DNA of 63,990 bases, filler included, from Caldilineae bacterium (GCA_037446815.1; 11 parts of 11 records of this genome joined end to end with filler, not necessarily neighbours in it); one strand, 5' to 3'. Counted from the whole stretch's first letter, positions 1 to 9,570 are shown. Notes: generated from the sequence alone by a model not told the origin. Numbers and translations are program-made.

Positions 1-129
1 GGTGAACCGTAGGCGCACTCTCCTCGTGTGTCATTGCGAGCGAAGCGAAGCAATCCCACGCCCCGGAGATTGCTTCGGGCGCTTCGCGCCCTCGCAATGA
101 CAGCCACCAACAGACTTTGGAACCGAATC
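1..129. mobile_element. MITE-like element, partial (left end outside the window)
   Basis: Palindromic core TGTCATTGCGAG...CTCGCAATGACA followed by the end CCAACAGACTTTGGAACCGAATC; closely matches copies at 24198-24347 and 51565-51714. Confidence 0.8.
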
Positions 130-143
130 GATCCACGCGCGCC

Positions 144-172
144 TTGCGCCCCGCCCCCGATTCTGCTACAAT
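144..172 (+). promoter_or_regulatory. sigma70-type promoter of the xpt-guaA operon
   Basis: TTGCGC (144-149), 17-nt spacer, TGcTACAAT extended -10 (hexamer 167-172). Confidence 0.6.
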
Positions 173-199
173 AGGCTAAACTCCGGGGAGGTGTTCTCC

Positions 200-784
200 A
201 TGGAATCCCTCAAAGCCCGCATCCTTGCGGAAGGCCGCAACATGGGCCGAGGCATCCTGAAGGTGGACAGTTTCGTCAACCATCAGGTGGACGCCGCCCT
301 CATGTACGAGGCCGGCCAGGCCCTGGCCCATCGGTTCGCCAATCTCGGCGTTACCAAAGTCCTCACGGCCGAGATTTCGGGCATCGCCCCCGCCCTGATG
401 ACGGCGCTGGCCCTGGGCGTGCCCATCGTCTACGCCCGCAAGACCAAGCCCATCACCATGCCCGAGCGCATCTACATCCGCACCGCGCCGTCGCACACCA
501 AGGGGCATGAGGTCGCCCTGATGGTCTCGCCCGAATTCCTCGGCCCGGGCGACCGCGTCCTCATCGTGGACGACTTCCTCGCCACCGGCAAGACCATTGA
601 CGCGCTGGTGCAGATCGTCAAAGACGCCGGCGCCGAACTGGTGGGCATCGGCGCGGTGATTGAGAAAACCTTTGAGGGCGGACGGGCCGTCCTGGAGCAC
701 CACGGCGTGCCCATCTACGCCCTCGTTACCATCACCAGCATGGAAAACGGCAAGATCACCTTTGCCGACGGAGCGGAGCGGTGA
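200..784 (+). CDS. xpt: xanthine phosphoribosyltransferase
   Basis: [13 protein letters not shown] and PRPP motif [20 protein letters not shown] before ATG 200; overlaps the guaA start. Confidence 0.92.
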   Translation: MESLKARILAEGRNMGRGILKVDSFVNHQVDAALMYEAGQALAHRFANLGVTKVLTAEISGIAPALMTALALGVPIVYARKTKPITMPERIYIRTAPSHTKGHEVALMVSPEFLGPGDRVLIVDDFLATGKTIDALVQIVKDAGAELVGIGAVIEKTFEGGRAVLEHHGVPIYALVTITSMENGKITFADGAER

Positions 785-2328
785 GCAGCGGAGAAACCAT
801 CGTCGTGCTGGATTTCGGCTCGCAGTACGCGCAACTCATCGTGCGCCGCGTGCGCGAACAGCACGTGTACTCCGTCCTTGTGCCCCACGACGCGCCCGAG
901 GACGAGGTCATGGCGCTATCGCCGGTCGGGTTCATCCTATCCGGCGGCCCCGCCAGCGTGTACGACGAGGGCGCGCCGCAACTGCCCGCCTACGTCCTGC
1001 GCAGCGGCCTGCCGGTGCTCGGCATCTGCTACGGCATGCAACTCCTGGCCCATGCCCTGGGCGGACGCGTCGCCCCATCCCAGCGCCGGGAATACGGCCC
1101 CGCCGAACTCTACATCAACGACCTGGAATCGCCCCTGTGGACGGGCTTGCCCTTCTCGTTCCAAGTCTGGATGAGCCACGGCGATGCCATCGCCGAACTC
1201 CCGCCTGGGTTCCAGACGCTGGCATCCACCGACAACTCGCCCATCGCCGCCATGGGCCACCCGGAGCGCCGCATCTACGGCGTTCAATTCCACCCCGAAG
1301 TCGCCCACACGCCCCTGGGCAAGGACATCCTCCGCAACTTCCTGTACGGCGTCTGCGGTTGCCTGGGCGCGTGGACGCCGGAATCGTTCATCGCGTCGGC
1401 GGTTGCATCCATCCGCCAGCAGGTGGGCGATGGGCGCGTCCTTGGGGCGCTGTCGGGCGGCGTGGACTCCACCGTCGCGGCCACCCTCGTCCAGCGCGCC
1501 ATCGGCGACCGCCTGACCTGCATCTTCGTGGATCATGGCCTGCTCCGCGAGGGCGAGGCCGAGGCCACCCTTCGGGTGTTGCGTGAGCGCGTCGGACTGA
1601 ACGTCATCGCCGTGGACGCATCGGCCCGCTTCTTGGCCGCCCTCGCCGGCGTTACCGACCCCGAGGCCAAGCGCCGCATCATCGGCGAGACCTTCATCCG
1701 CGTCTTTGAGGACAAGGCCGCCGAGATAGGGCAGGCGCGTTTCCTGCTCCAGGGCACCCTGTACCCCGATGTCATTGAGAGCACGACCCGCGACACCAAG
1801 GCCGCCGCCCGCATCAAGACGCACCACAACGTCGGCGGCCTGCCTGCCGACCTGCGGTTTGAACTCGTAGAGCCGCTGAAATACCTGTTCAAGGACGAGG
1901 TGCGCGAGGTTGGGCTGGCGCTCGGGCTGCCGCCGGAGATCGTGCACAAGCAGCCGTTCCCCGGGCCTGGGCTGGCCGTCCGCATCATCGGCGAGGTTAC
2001 CGCCGAGCGCCTGGCCACCCTGCGCAAAGCCGACGCCATTGTGCGCGAGGAGATTGAGGCCGCCGGACTGGGCCGCGAGGTGTGGCAGTACTTCGCCGTC
2101 CTCACGCCGGTGCGCTCCGTGGGCGTCATGGGCGACGGCCGCACGTACCTCAACACCGTGGCCGTGCGCGCCGTCTCCAGCGTGGACGGCATGACCGCCG
2201 ACTGGGCGCGCCTGCCCTACGCCGTCCTGGCGCGCATTTCCAACCGCATCGTCAACGAGGTGCCCGGCGTGAACCGCGTGGTGTACGACATATCCAGCAA
2301 ACCGCCGGCAACGATAGAATGGGAGTGA
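781..2328 (+). CDS. guaA: GMP synthase (glutamine-hydrolysing)
   Basis: [38 protein letters not shown] and C-terminal KPPATIEWE. Confidence 0.98.
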   Translation: MSSGETIVVLDFGSQYAQLIVRRVREQHVYSVLVPHDAPEDEVMALSPVGFILSGGPASVYDEGAPQLPAYVLRSGLPVLGICYGMQLLAHALGGRVAPSQRREYGPAELYINDLESPLWTGLPFSFQVWMSHGDAIAELPPGFQTLASTDNSPIAAMGHPERRIYGVQFHPEVAHTPLGKDILRNFLYGVCGCLGAWTPESFIASAVASIRQQVGDGRVLGALSGGVDSTVAATLVQRAIGDRLTCIFVDHGLLREGEAEATLRVLRERVGLNVIAVDASARFLAALAGVTDPEAKRRIIGETFIRVFEDKAAEIGQARFLLQGTLYPDVIESTTRDTKAAARIKTHHNVGGLPADLRFELVEPLKYLFKDEVREVGLALGLPPEIVHKQPFPGPGLAVRIIGEVTAERLATLRKADAIVREEIEAAGLGREVWQYFAVLTPVRSVGVMGDGRTYLNTVAVRAVSSVDGMTADWARLPYAVLARISNRIVNEVPGVNRVVYDISSKPPATIEWE

Positions 2329-2336
2329 GCGTCAAC

Positions 2337-3557
2337 ATGATACGCATCGTGCACTTCGCCGATTTCCACCTGGGGATGGAATCCTACGGGCGCTTGGATG
2401 CCGCCACGGGCCTGCCGGGCCGCGTCGTGGACTTCCTGGCGGCGCTGGACGCCATGGTGGAATTCGTGCTGGCGAACGACATCCACCTGGTCATCTTCGC
2501 GGGCGACGCCTACAAGACCCGCGACCCCAATCCCACCTATCAACGCGAGTTCAACACGCGCATCCTCAAGATGGCGCGGGCGGGGATTCCGGTTGTCCTC
2601 ATCGTGGGCAATCACGACCTGGCCCCCGCCGAGGGCCGCGCCAGCACACTGGATGTGTTCACCACCTTCAACGCCGAGAACGTGTACGTGGGCCGCACCA
2701 TGGCCACGCTCCGAATCCAAACCAAGGGCGGCCCTGTGCAGGTGGTAACGTTGCCCTGGGTTCAGCGCAGCCGCTTCCTCGCCCGAGAAGACCTGCGGGG
2801 CAAGTCGGTCAAGGAGGTGGATGAGGCGCTCATGGGCAAAATCCTTGAGTACCTGCGCAAGGAGAAAGAGGCCCTCTCGCCCGATGTCCCCGCCATCCTT
2901 GCCGCCCACGCCAGCGTCCACGGCGCGAGTTTCGGCTCCGAACGCAACATCATGCTGGGCCAGGACATCATCCTCCCCATGGGCGACATCGGCGACGCTA
3001 CTTTTGACTACGTGGCCCTGGGCCACATCCACAAGTACCAGGTGCTGCGCGAACAGCCGCCGGTTGTGTACGCGGGGAGCATGGAGCGCATAGACTTCGG
3101 CGAGGAGAAGGACGACAAGGGGTTCGTCGTCGCCGAGGTGGAGAAGGGCCGCGCGCGCTTGGAGTTCCATCCCGTCCCCGCGCGTCGCATGGTAACCGTG
3201 CGCGTGCATCCCAAGGGCGACGACCCAACCGCCGAGGCGCTGAAAGCCATCGCCCGAGCCCGCCCCAGGGATGCCATCGTCCGCGTTTTCGTTCAGTGCA
3301 GCGAAGACCAGGCGCGCAGCATTGACCAGAAGGCGCTGCGCGACGCGCTGGATGACGCCTTCTACGTCGTCGGCGTGAACATTGACACCGAGCGGCAGTT
3401 TCGCACACGGCTTGGCGTCGGGGCACTGGAGCAACTGACGCCCGAGGAGATCCTCGTCCGCTACCTGGAGCAGAGGAACGAGCCCAAGGAGCGGTTTGAG
3501 GTGTTGCGCGAGAAGGGAAGCGAAATCCTGAGGGAGGCCGCCTCGGGGCAAGACTAG
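2337..3557 (+). CDS. sbcD: SbcD/Mre11-family nuclease subunit
   Basis: HFADFHLG, FAGD, VGNHD, DYVALGHIH, YAGSMERIDFGE; alternative GTG start at 2325 overlapping the guaA stop. Confidence 0.9.
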   Translation: MIRIVHFADFHLGMESYGRLDAATGLPGRVVDFLAALDAMVEFVLANDIHLVIFAGDAYKTRDPNPTYQREFNTRILKMARAGIPVVLIVGNHDLAPAEGRASTLDVFTTFNAENVYVGRTMATLRIQTKGGPVQVVTLPWVQRSRFLAREDLRGKSVKEVDEALMGKILEYLRKEKEALSPDVPAILAAHASVHGASFGSERNIMLGQDIILPMGDIGDATFDYVALGHIHKYQVLREQPPVVYAGSMERIDFGEEKDDKGFVVAEVEKGRARLEFHPVPARRMVTVRVHPKGDDPTAEALKAIARARPRDAIVRVFVQCSEDQARSIDQKALRDALDDAFYVVGVNIDTERQFRTRLGVGALEQLTPEEILVRYLEQRNEPKERFEVLREKGSEILREAASGQD

Positions 3558-3655
3558 CCGAGCGCGCCGCGCGGCACAGGGATTGCACGGACAATTGTCG
3601 GGCGAGACAGGGCCCCGCCTCCTGCGCGGAGCGCGGGACAAGAGGAGGGAGGAGA

Positions 3656-6028
3656 ATGGCGGTAGATCTCACCTCAACGGTCGGCCTGTTCAGCATCCTG
3701 GATGGCACCGTCCAGGACGAAGCCCCTAACCTGCTGGTAACGCGCGGGCCGCTGGATGCCCAGGGGCGCGAAGCGGGCCAGTTGGCCATCGCCGTGGAAC
3801 TCGTGGGCCGCTCCCTGGGCGAAGAGGAGATGTACGAGGAACTCCTCCAGGCCATCAGCGACGCCTACTTCCGCCATCCGGGCAACATCACCGCGCGCCT
3901 GCAAGAGGCCATCCAGGAGGCCAACGCGCTCCTCGTCCACGCCAACGCCGCGCTCCTGCCGGAGGAGCGCCTTCTCGGCGGGGTTACCTGCGTCTTCCAC
4001 ATGGGGCAGGATGTGTACATCGGCCAGGCGGGCCCCGCCGTGGTTTTCCTGGGGCAGAAAGGCGCCCTGCGCCGATTCCCGGAATCCTCGCCCTGGCTCC
4101 AGAAGCCGCTCCCCAGCGCCCCGGAGCGCCTCTACCCCGCGCCCCTCGGCGTCCACGCCACGGTGCACGCGAACCTGTTCCACGCGACGGTGCAGCCGGG
4201 CGACGTCCTCGTCCTGGGCACAACCGCTCTGGCGCACACCGTGGCGACGAAGGCCGTGGAGGAGGCGGTCTTGTTCCAGCCGATAGAGGATGCGCTGTAC
4301 AACCTGGCGCGCCTGTGCGGCGATGCGGAGGTCGCGTGCATGGTCATCCTCGTCCACGCCAAGGGCGAGCGGCCCGCCGTCGCAGCGCCCGCGCCGGCCG
4401 CTCCTGCCGCTCCTGCCGAGGAACCCGCCGAACCCGAAGCGCCGCCGGAGGCGGAACCGGCGGCCCTGCCGGAAGAAGCCGCACCGGAGGCCGAATTGGC
4501 GGAAGAAGACCTGCTCCCCGCCGACCGGGAGACAGCCGCCGAGGCGCTCGCTCCGGGACGCCCCGCTCCCGCCGCGCCCGACCTGGAGGAGTTGCCCCTG
4601 CCCGAAGAAGCGGCCGAGGCCGAAGAGGCAGAGTTGCCCGCCGCGCCCGTCCGCGCCCCCTCGCGGCCCGCAAGGGGCGGCTTCTCCCTCTTGGGGCTGG
4701 GTCGCGCCCTCCGCAGGGGCCTTCGCGCGTTCTTCTCGGATGTGGCGTTGGGGTCTGCCGTCGTCGCGGGCTGGCTGGCATCCCTGTTTCGCCGGAAGCC
4801 GCGCCCCGTCGCCGCCCGCCCGCGCCCCGCGCCCGCCGCCAGAGCGGCAAGGCCGGCGGTGCGGCGCCTGTGGCTACTGCTCGCCATCGCCATCCCGCTG
4901 GTCATCATCCTCATCCTGGTAACGCAATTGATCCAGTCCAAGCAGCGCCTCCAGCGCTACGACGAACTGCTGCGCCTGGCCGAAAGCAAGGCGGCCCTGG
5001 CCCAGAGCGCCCCCACTGCCCAGGAGAAACAGACGCTGCTCAACGAGTCGCTGGTGCTGCTGGGGCAGGCGCGCGCCATCGGCCCCCATGACCCGCGCGC
5101 GGCGCAAGTGGCCGCCCAGGTGCAGGCGACGCTGGATCAGGTGGAGGGCACCGTTCGCCTTGACCCGCCGCTCGTCCTCTACCAACCTCCCGCCTCGGAG
5201 CAGGCCGCCCTGGACGGGCTTGTCATTGCCGGGTCCGACCTGTACCTGCTGGACGCCAAGAACGCGCGGCTGATTCGCAAGACGCTGGACGAGACGGGCG
5301 TGGGACTGCAGCCGGACCAGGGCGCGCCCACCATCGTGGCCCGCGGGGCTACCGTCGGGGGGTACGCCGTCGCAAACCTATGGAAGATGGCGTGGGCGGC
5401 CGCCATGGACAACCGCGCGTCCAGCGGGCTCCTCGTGGCCACCGCCGACCGCCGACTGCTGGAGTACAGCCCCCGGCGCGGATTGAGCCTGCTCGCGCTG
5501 GCCGGCACCGACAAATGGCAACAGCCCGCGGCCATGGCATCGTATCGGGGCAATCTGTACGTGCTGGATGCCGGGGCGAATCAAATCTACCGCTACTCGC
5601 CCACCGCGGGCGGGTACGAGGCTGCTCCTGACGATTGGTTCGCGCTGTCGCAGGCCCGCGACCTGCGAGGCGCAGTGGACATGGCCATTGACGGCGCCAT
5701 CTACATCCTGTACGGCGCCGGCCGCCTGGAGAAGTTCATGCGCGGCGACAAGCAGCCCTTCTCGCTGGAGGGCCTGGCCCAGCCGCTCCAGCAGCCAGTG
5801 GCCCTGTACACCGACGTGGACGATGAGGCGAAGCACGTGTACGTGGCCGACCCGGGCGCGCAGCGCGTGGTGCAGTTCGCCAAGGATGGCCGATTCGTGC
5901 GGCAGTTCCGATTCCGCGAGGGGGATTTCTTCGCGCGCATCACCGACCTGCGCGTGGACGAGGCCAGCGCGCGGTTGTATTTCACCGCGGGCGACGCGCT
6001 GTACGTGTGCGCATTGCCCCGGCCGTAG
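3656..6028 (+). CDS. membrane protein: degenerate PP2C-like domain, Pro/Glu/Ala linker, TM helix, NHL-like beta-propeller
   Basis: PP2C-like pattern (RLQEAIQEANALL, VYIGQAG, PLG, QPGDVLVLGT); TM LWLLLAIAIPLVIILILV; repeats LYLLD/LYVLD/IYIL/VYVAD; strong RBS. Confidence 0.7.
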   Translation: MAVDLTSTVGLFSILDGTVQDEAPNLLVTRGPLDAQGREAGQLAIAVELVGRSLGEEEMYEELLQAISDAYFRHPGNITARLQEAIQEANALLVHANAALLPEERLLGGVTCVFHMGQDVYIGQAGPAVVFLGQKGALRRFPESSPWLQKPLPSAPERLYPAPLGVHATVHANLFHATVQPGDVLVLGTTALAHTVATKAVEEAVLFQPIEDALYNLARLCGDAEVACMVILVHAKGERPAVAAPAPAAPAAPAEEPAEPEAPPEAEPAALPEEAAPEAELAEEDLLPADRETAAEALAPGRPAPAAPDLEELPLPEEAAEAEEAELPAAPVRAPSRPARGGFSLLGLGRALRRGLRAFFSDVALGSAVVAGWLASLFRRKPRPVAARPRPAPAARAARPAVRRLWLLLAIAIPLVIILILVTQLIQSKQRLQRYDELLRLAESKAALAQSAPTAQEKQTLLNESLVLLGQARAIGPHDPRAAQVAAQVQATLDQVEGTVRLDPPLVLYQPPASEQAALDGLVIAGSDLYLLDAKNARLIRKTLDETGVGLQPDQGAPTIVARGATVGGYAVANLWKMAWAAAMDNRASSGLLVATADRRLLEYSPRRGLSLLALAGTDKWQQPAAMASYRGNLYVLDAGANQIYRYSPTAGGYEAAPDDWFALSQARDLRGAVDMAIDGAIYILYGAGRLEKFMRGDKQPFSLEGLAQPLQQPVALYTDVDDEAKHVYVADPGAQRVVQFAKDGRFVRQFRFREGDFFARITDLRVDEASARLYFTAGDALYVCALPRP

Positions 6029-6056
6029 GGGCGCGATTCAATTGCGCCCCCACGGA

Positions 6057-6076
6057 GAGTCGGTTTCATCTTGTGT
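6057..6076. mobile_element. MITE terminus at contig end
   Basis: GAGTCGGTTTCATCTTGTGT, identical to the terminus at 51565. Confidence 0.75.
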
Positions 6077-6176
6077 NNNNNNNNNNNNNNNNNNNNNNNN
6101 NNNNNNNNNNNNNNNNNNNNTTAATTAATTAANNNNNNNNNNNNNNNNNNNNNNNNNNNNNNNNNNNNNNNNNNNN
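6077..6176. other. artificial contig linker (also 12211-12310, 18327-18426, 24421-24520, 30438-30537, 36417-36516, 42362-42461, 48283-48382, 54151-54250, 60017-60116)
   Basis: N44-TTAATTAATTAA-N44 with stops in all frames, identical ten times; contig lengths decrease monotonically. Confidence 0.99.
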
Positions 6177-6228
6177 GGCTTCGCCGCTCAGAATGACAGT
6201 AGATGCCAACAGACTTTGGAACCGAATC
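6177..6228. mobile_element. MITE right part at contig start
   Basis: GGCTTCGCCGCTCAGAATGACAGTAGATGCCAACAGACTTTGGAACCGAATC; the first part matches the copy near 50176-50211. Confidence 0.8.
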
Positions 6229-6306
6229 CGCCTCTCGCGCCTTTCTCCCTTATCAAGCCGCTCGTCCCGCGCTATATCCCTTGCAATCGCACACAGGAGG
6301 TTTGCC

Positions 6307-8166
6307 ATGGCCCAAATCCGCATCACCAACGCATTGGACGCGGCGCTGGTGCCCGGCGCGGCGCGCGAGGTAGAGGTAACCCTCATCCGCCCTGGCCTGA
6401 GCCTCAACGGGTGGCTGTGGACGCCGGAGGTGTTGGCCGAGGCCGCGCCGCTGTTTGAGGGAGCCACCGCCCTCATGGATCACGCCCCGCCGGGGCAGCA
6501 CCCATCGGTACGCCAGGCGGTGGGGGCCTACCACTCGGTGCGCGCCACGCCCGACGGGCTGAAGGCGCGGCTGGCGTTTCTGCCGTCGGCCAGGGACGCA
6601 TGGCGGCTGGCCCGCGATTGCGTCCTGGCGCGCGAGCAGGGCCGCCCCACCCCGAACGTCGGCATCAGCGCCGACGTTACCGTGGAATCACGGCCGGTCC
6701 GCTACGGCGGGCGCCCGGCGCGCCTGGTGGAACGCATCGCCGCCGTCCATTCCGCCGACATCGTCCTGCACCCCAGCGCCGGCGGAAGTCTGGACCGCAT
6801 CACCGAAGCCTACGACGTGGCGAGGCTGGAGTTGCGCCGCGGAGCCGCGCAGGACACAGAGGAAGGAGCGAATGAAATGAAGAAGACGAACGAGTCGCTG
6901 AATCGGCAATCCGACTTTCCCAACGGTGAGGCGTCTCCCGCAGAGGAGAGAGAAACCCTTGCGCCGGCGTCCCGCCCCACGGGCCTGGAGACGGCCAAGC
7001 CCCTGGCCGCCCGCGAGTGGACGGGCAACGCGCCCACCGTCGCCATGGGCCTGAGCCCCGACGATGCCGTGCGCGCGGCGTGCTATCGGGCCTTCGGCAT
7101 CGCGCCGGAGCACTGGGAGCAGGAACTGCGCGCCGCCGAGAGTCGCCTGGGCAACGGGCGCGTGCGGCCGTTCCTGGGCCTGCGCGACCTGTACGTTCAC
7201 ATCACCGGCGACTATGCCATCGCGGGGCACTTCTGGGCGCGGGCCCAGGAGGCCGCCATGCTCACCACCGACCTGCCCAACCTGCTGGCCGACACCCTGA
7301 ACAAGAAACTCCAGGTGGAGTACAACCACTACCCCCAGGACTGGCGCAAGTGGTGCAGCGTCGTTGCCATCCCCAGCCTGTCGGAGCAGGACAGCGTGCA
7401 GCTGGACGATCTGGGCGCGCTGCCGGAAGTGGCCGAAGGCGATCCCTACACCACCGCCGAGTTGGATGAGTTCAAGGCGTCGTACACGCCGCACAAGTAC
7501 GGCGAACTCATCACCATCACGCGGGAGATGATCCTGCGCGACGACCTGCGCGGCCTGGCGCGGATTCCGGGGAAACTGGCACAGGCCGCCGCGCTGCGCC
7601 TCAACGACACGGTGTACGGCCTGGTGGAGGACAACACGACCATCTACGACGGGCTGGCGCTGTTTCTGGGGACAACGGCGAGAGGCGCGGCGGGCAATCT
7701 GGCGTCTGGGCCGCTGGACTCGGAGGCACTGGCCGACGCGCTGAGCAAACTTCGGCGCGTGCGGGGCGGGGCCAACGCCAGCCCCATCGTATTCCGCAAG
7801 GTGTGGCTGGTGGTGCCGCCGGCGCTGGAACTCACCGCCGCGCAACTCTGCGGGAGCGCCTATGCCTGGGGCGGGCAGGAGCCGCCCGCGACCGGCTATA
7901 ACTTCTTCCGCCAGAGCGGGCTGGACTACATCGTCGCTCCCTGGAACGACTCGCAGGAGAAGTGGTGGATAGTGGGCGATCCTGCCGACTGCGCCGGTCT
8001 GGAAATCGGCTTCGTGCAGGGCGTGGACTCGCCGCAGTTGTTCATCCAGGACGACCCGCGCGTGGGCAGCGTCTTCACCCACGACCAAATCTCGTACAAG
8101 GTGCGATTTGAGTTTGGCGCGGGCATCGTCAACTGGCGGCCCTTTGTGGGATACATGGGGGCATGA
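6307..8166 (+). CDS. phage-type prohead protease fused to a major capsid protein (Mu gpT-like, HK97 fold)
   Basis: Protease part: IRPGLSLNG, MDH, VGISAD, SADIVLHPSAGG. Capsid part: TDLPNLLADTLNKKL, KYGELITITREMILRDDL, LVVPPALE, YKVRFEFGAGIVNWR. AGGAGG RBS before ATG 6307. Confidence 0.85.
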   Translation: MAQIRITNALDAALVPGAAREVEVTLIRPGLSLNGWLWTPEVLAEAAPLFEGATALMDHAPPGQHPSVRQAVGAYHSVRATPDGLKARLAFLPSARDAWRLARDCVLAREQGRPTPNVGISADVTVESRPVRYGGRPARLVERIAAVHSADIVLHPSAGGSLDRITEAYDVARLELRRGAAQDTEEGANEMKKTNESLNRQSDFPNGEASPAEERETLAPASRPTGLETAKPLAAREWTGNAPTVAMGLSPDDAVRAACYRAFGIAPEHWEQELRAAESRLGNGRVRPFLGLRDLYVHITGDYAIAGHFWARAQEAAMLTTDLPNLLADTLNKKLQVEYNHYPQDWRKWCSVVAIPSLSEQDSVQLDDLGALPEVAEGDPYTTAELDEFKASYTPHKYGELITITREMILRDDLRGLARIPGKLAQAAALRLNDTVYGLVEDNTTIYDGLALFLGTTARGAAGNLASGPLDSEALADALSKLRRVRGGANASPIVFRKVWLVVPPALELTAAQLCGSAYAWGGQEPPATGYNFFRQSGLDYIVAPWNDSQEKWWIVGDPADCAGLEIGFVQGVDSPQLFIQDDPRVGSVFTHDQISYKVRFEFGAGIVNWRPFVGYMGA

Positions 8167-8174
8167 TAACGGCA

Positions 8175-8284
8175 AGGTGCGACGCGCTTCAGAAGTGCGT
8201 CGCACCTGACCTCACGGCAGAGACCGCGGAGAGTGCGCAGAGACCTTGCGGAATCTCCGCGGTCTCCTTGCGCCCTCGGCGTGA
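8175..8284. repeat. two intergenic palindromes between convergent genes
   Basis: AGGTGCGACGC...GCGTCGCACCT (8175-8207; family also near 30307, 42108, 54028) and GAGACCGCGGAGA...TCTCCGCGGTCTC (family also at 13299-13376). Confidence 0.75.
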
Positions 8285-8292
8285 AAGCCGCT

Positions 8293-9327
8293 TCAGCGGG
8301 GCGATTCGGGGAAAGATGCCTCGTGCGGCCCCAGCGCCAGCGGCAGGTACAATCGCTCCTCGGGATGCAGATACCCCACATGCCGCACGCGGTACACGCC
8401 GCCCGCGGCGTCATCGCGGTAGGCGTGAACGCGCACTAGGCCGCCATCCACATACACGACAAGGAACGTGCTCCGCGCCCCAGGGTCTCCCAGCCCGCGG
8501 GCGTGCCCTGCGTCAATCTGCCACACGCCGCCGACGCGCGCGGCGCTGAAGTTGTGCGTGTGGCCACAGACGTAGGCCCGCACGCCTGCGCTCTCCAGCA
8601 GCGCCCAGAATCGGTCCCGGTGGGATGGGTACGCGTTCAGGCTGTCGTAGGCATGGCGCAGGCGGCCATTGTCGGCGTCGGGGAGCGGATACGCCGGCTC
8701 GTGCCCGAAGACGAAAATGTGCTCCTGTGTTGTCGCGGCAAGGTCGGCCGCCAGCCAGTTGTACAGATGGTCGGGGATGTCGCCATCAGTAACATGGTCG
8801 CCTGCCGCGTCGCAGTATTGGTTCAGCACCACGAAGTGCGCATTGGCGTAGTCAAACGAATACGTGGTGGTGGGGCATCCCGTCGGGCCTGGATTGACCG
8901 CCCCATAATCGTAGGTATTGAGCCAGGCCAGGTTCGCCCCGAAGGCCGGTTCGCGGCCCTGCCCGGGCAGTTCGTGATTGCCGACGACGGGGTACCAGGG
9001 GATCGCGCCGAGGGTGCTCGTGATGGTCCAGTACGCGCCCGCCACGGGATCCATATCGCCGGGGGTAACGAGGAACGCTGCGCCCAACGGCGCGAGGGCC
9101 TGCGTCGCCCCGCGAAAGTACTGTGGCCTGTCGTACACGCCCGGGCCGGCGTAGTAGCGCATGTCCGCGGCCACGGCGAACGCAAAGCGCGTCTCGGCGG
9201 CAGGGTAGGCATCCGGCGGGCCGCCCGTGCCCGCAGACGCCGCGACAGCGAGCAGGAGCAGCGCCATGCCCAGAAGCACACACCAGGTCGCCTGTCGCCC
9301 GGCACCGTGGCGCTGCGCCGCGTTCAT
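8293..9327 (-). CDS. secreted calcineurin-like metallophosphoesterase with C-terminal LYLPL motif
   Basis: Hydrophobic signal peptide; AADMR, PGDMD, VGNHE, FGHEP, CGHTH; GAGGTG RBS before ATG 9327. Confidence 0.85.
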   Translation of the reverse strand: MNAAQRHGAGRQATWCVLLGMALLLLAVAASAGTGGPPDAYPAAETRFAFAVAADMRYYAGPGVYDRPQYFRGATQALAPLGAAFLVTPGDMDPVAGAYWTITSTLGAIPWYPVVGNHELPGQGREPAFGANLAWLNTYDYGAVNPGPTGCPTTTYSFDYANAHFVVLNQYCDAAGDHVTDGDIPDHLYNWLAADLAATTQEHIFVFGHEPAYPLPDADNGRLRHAYDSLNAYPSHRDRFWALLESAGVRAYVCGHTHNFSAARVGGVWQIDAGHARGLGDPGARSTFLVVYVDGGLVRVHAYRDDAAGGVYRVRHVGYLHPEERLYLPLALGPHEASFPESPR

Positions 9328-9337
9328 CCCGCGCACC

Positions 9338-9570
9338 TCACATCTTCACTGCCCGCGTGGCGATGAACATCGGCATGTAGCGGTTGAGGGGTTCGGCGCT
9401 ATCGAGCGGGGGAACCACGCCTTGGGCACGGGGCGGGTGGGCGTGAGGAAGATGTCCCAGCGGCCCATGCCGGCGTCGGCGATGGCATCGGGGCCGACGG
9501 GCACCGTCCAGATATTGCCGCGTTCCACCTGGAGATCCCAGGCGCGGCGGTTATGGGCTCGGATGTCCAT
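9338..9570 (-). pseudogene. class I SAM-dependent methyltransferase remnant with internal deletion
   Basis: N-terminus MDIRAHNRRAWDLQVERGNIWTVPV...LTPTRPVPKAWFP joined out of frame to C-terminus EPLNRYMPMFIATRAVKM*; SAM-binding core absent. Confidence 0.7.

Noticed and set aside
130..199. Purine riboswitch upstream of xpt-guaA
   Set aside because: The predicted promoter leaves only about 20 nt of leader and no aptamer consensus is visible.
6077..6176. Recurring TTAATTAATTAA at about 6-kb spacing as a biological repeat
   Set aside because: Always embedded in N44 runs; an artificial all-frame-stop linker. No synteny was inferred across linkers.
6193..6306. N-terminal extension of the capsid ORF in the ORF track
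   Set aside because: It begins inside the MITE; the AGGAGG RBS supports ATG 6307.
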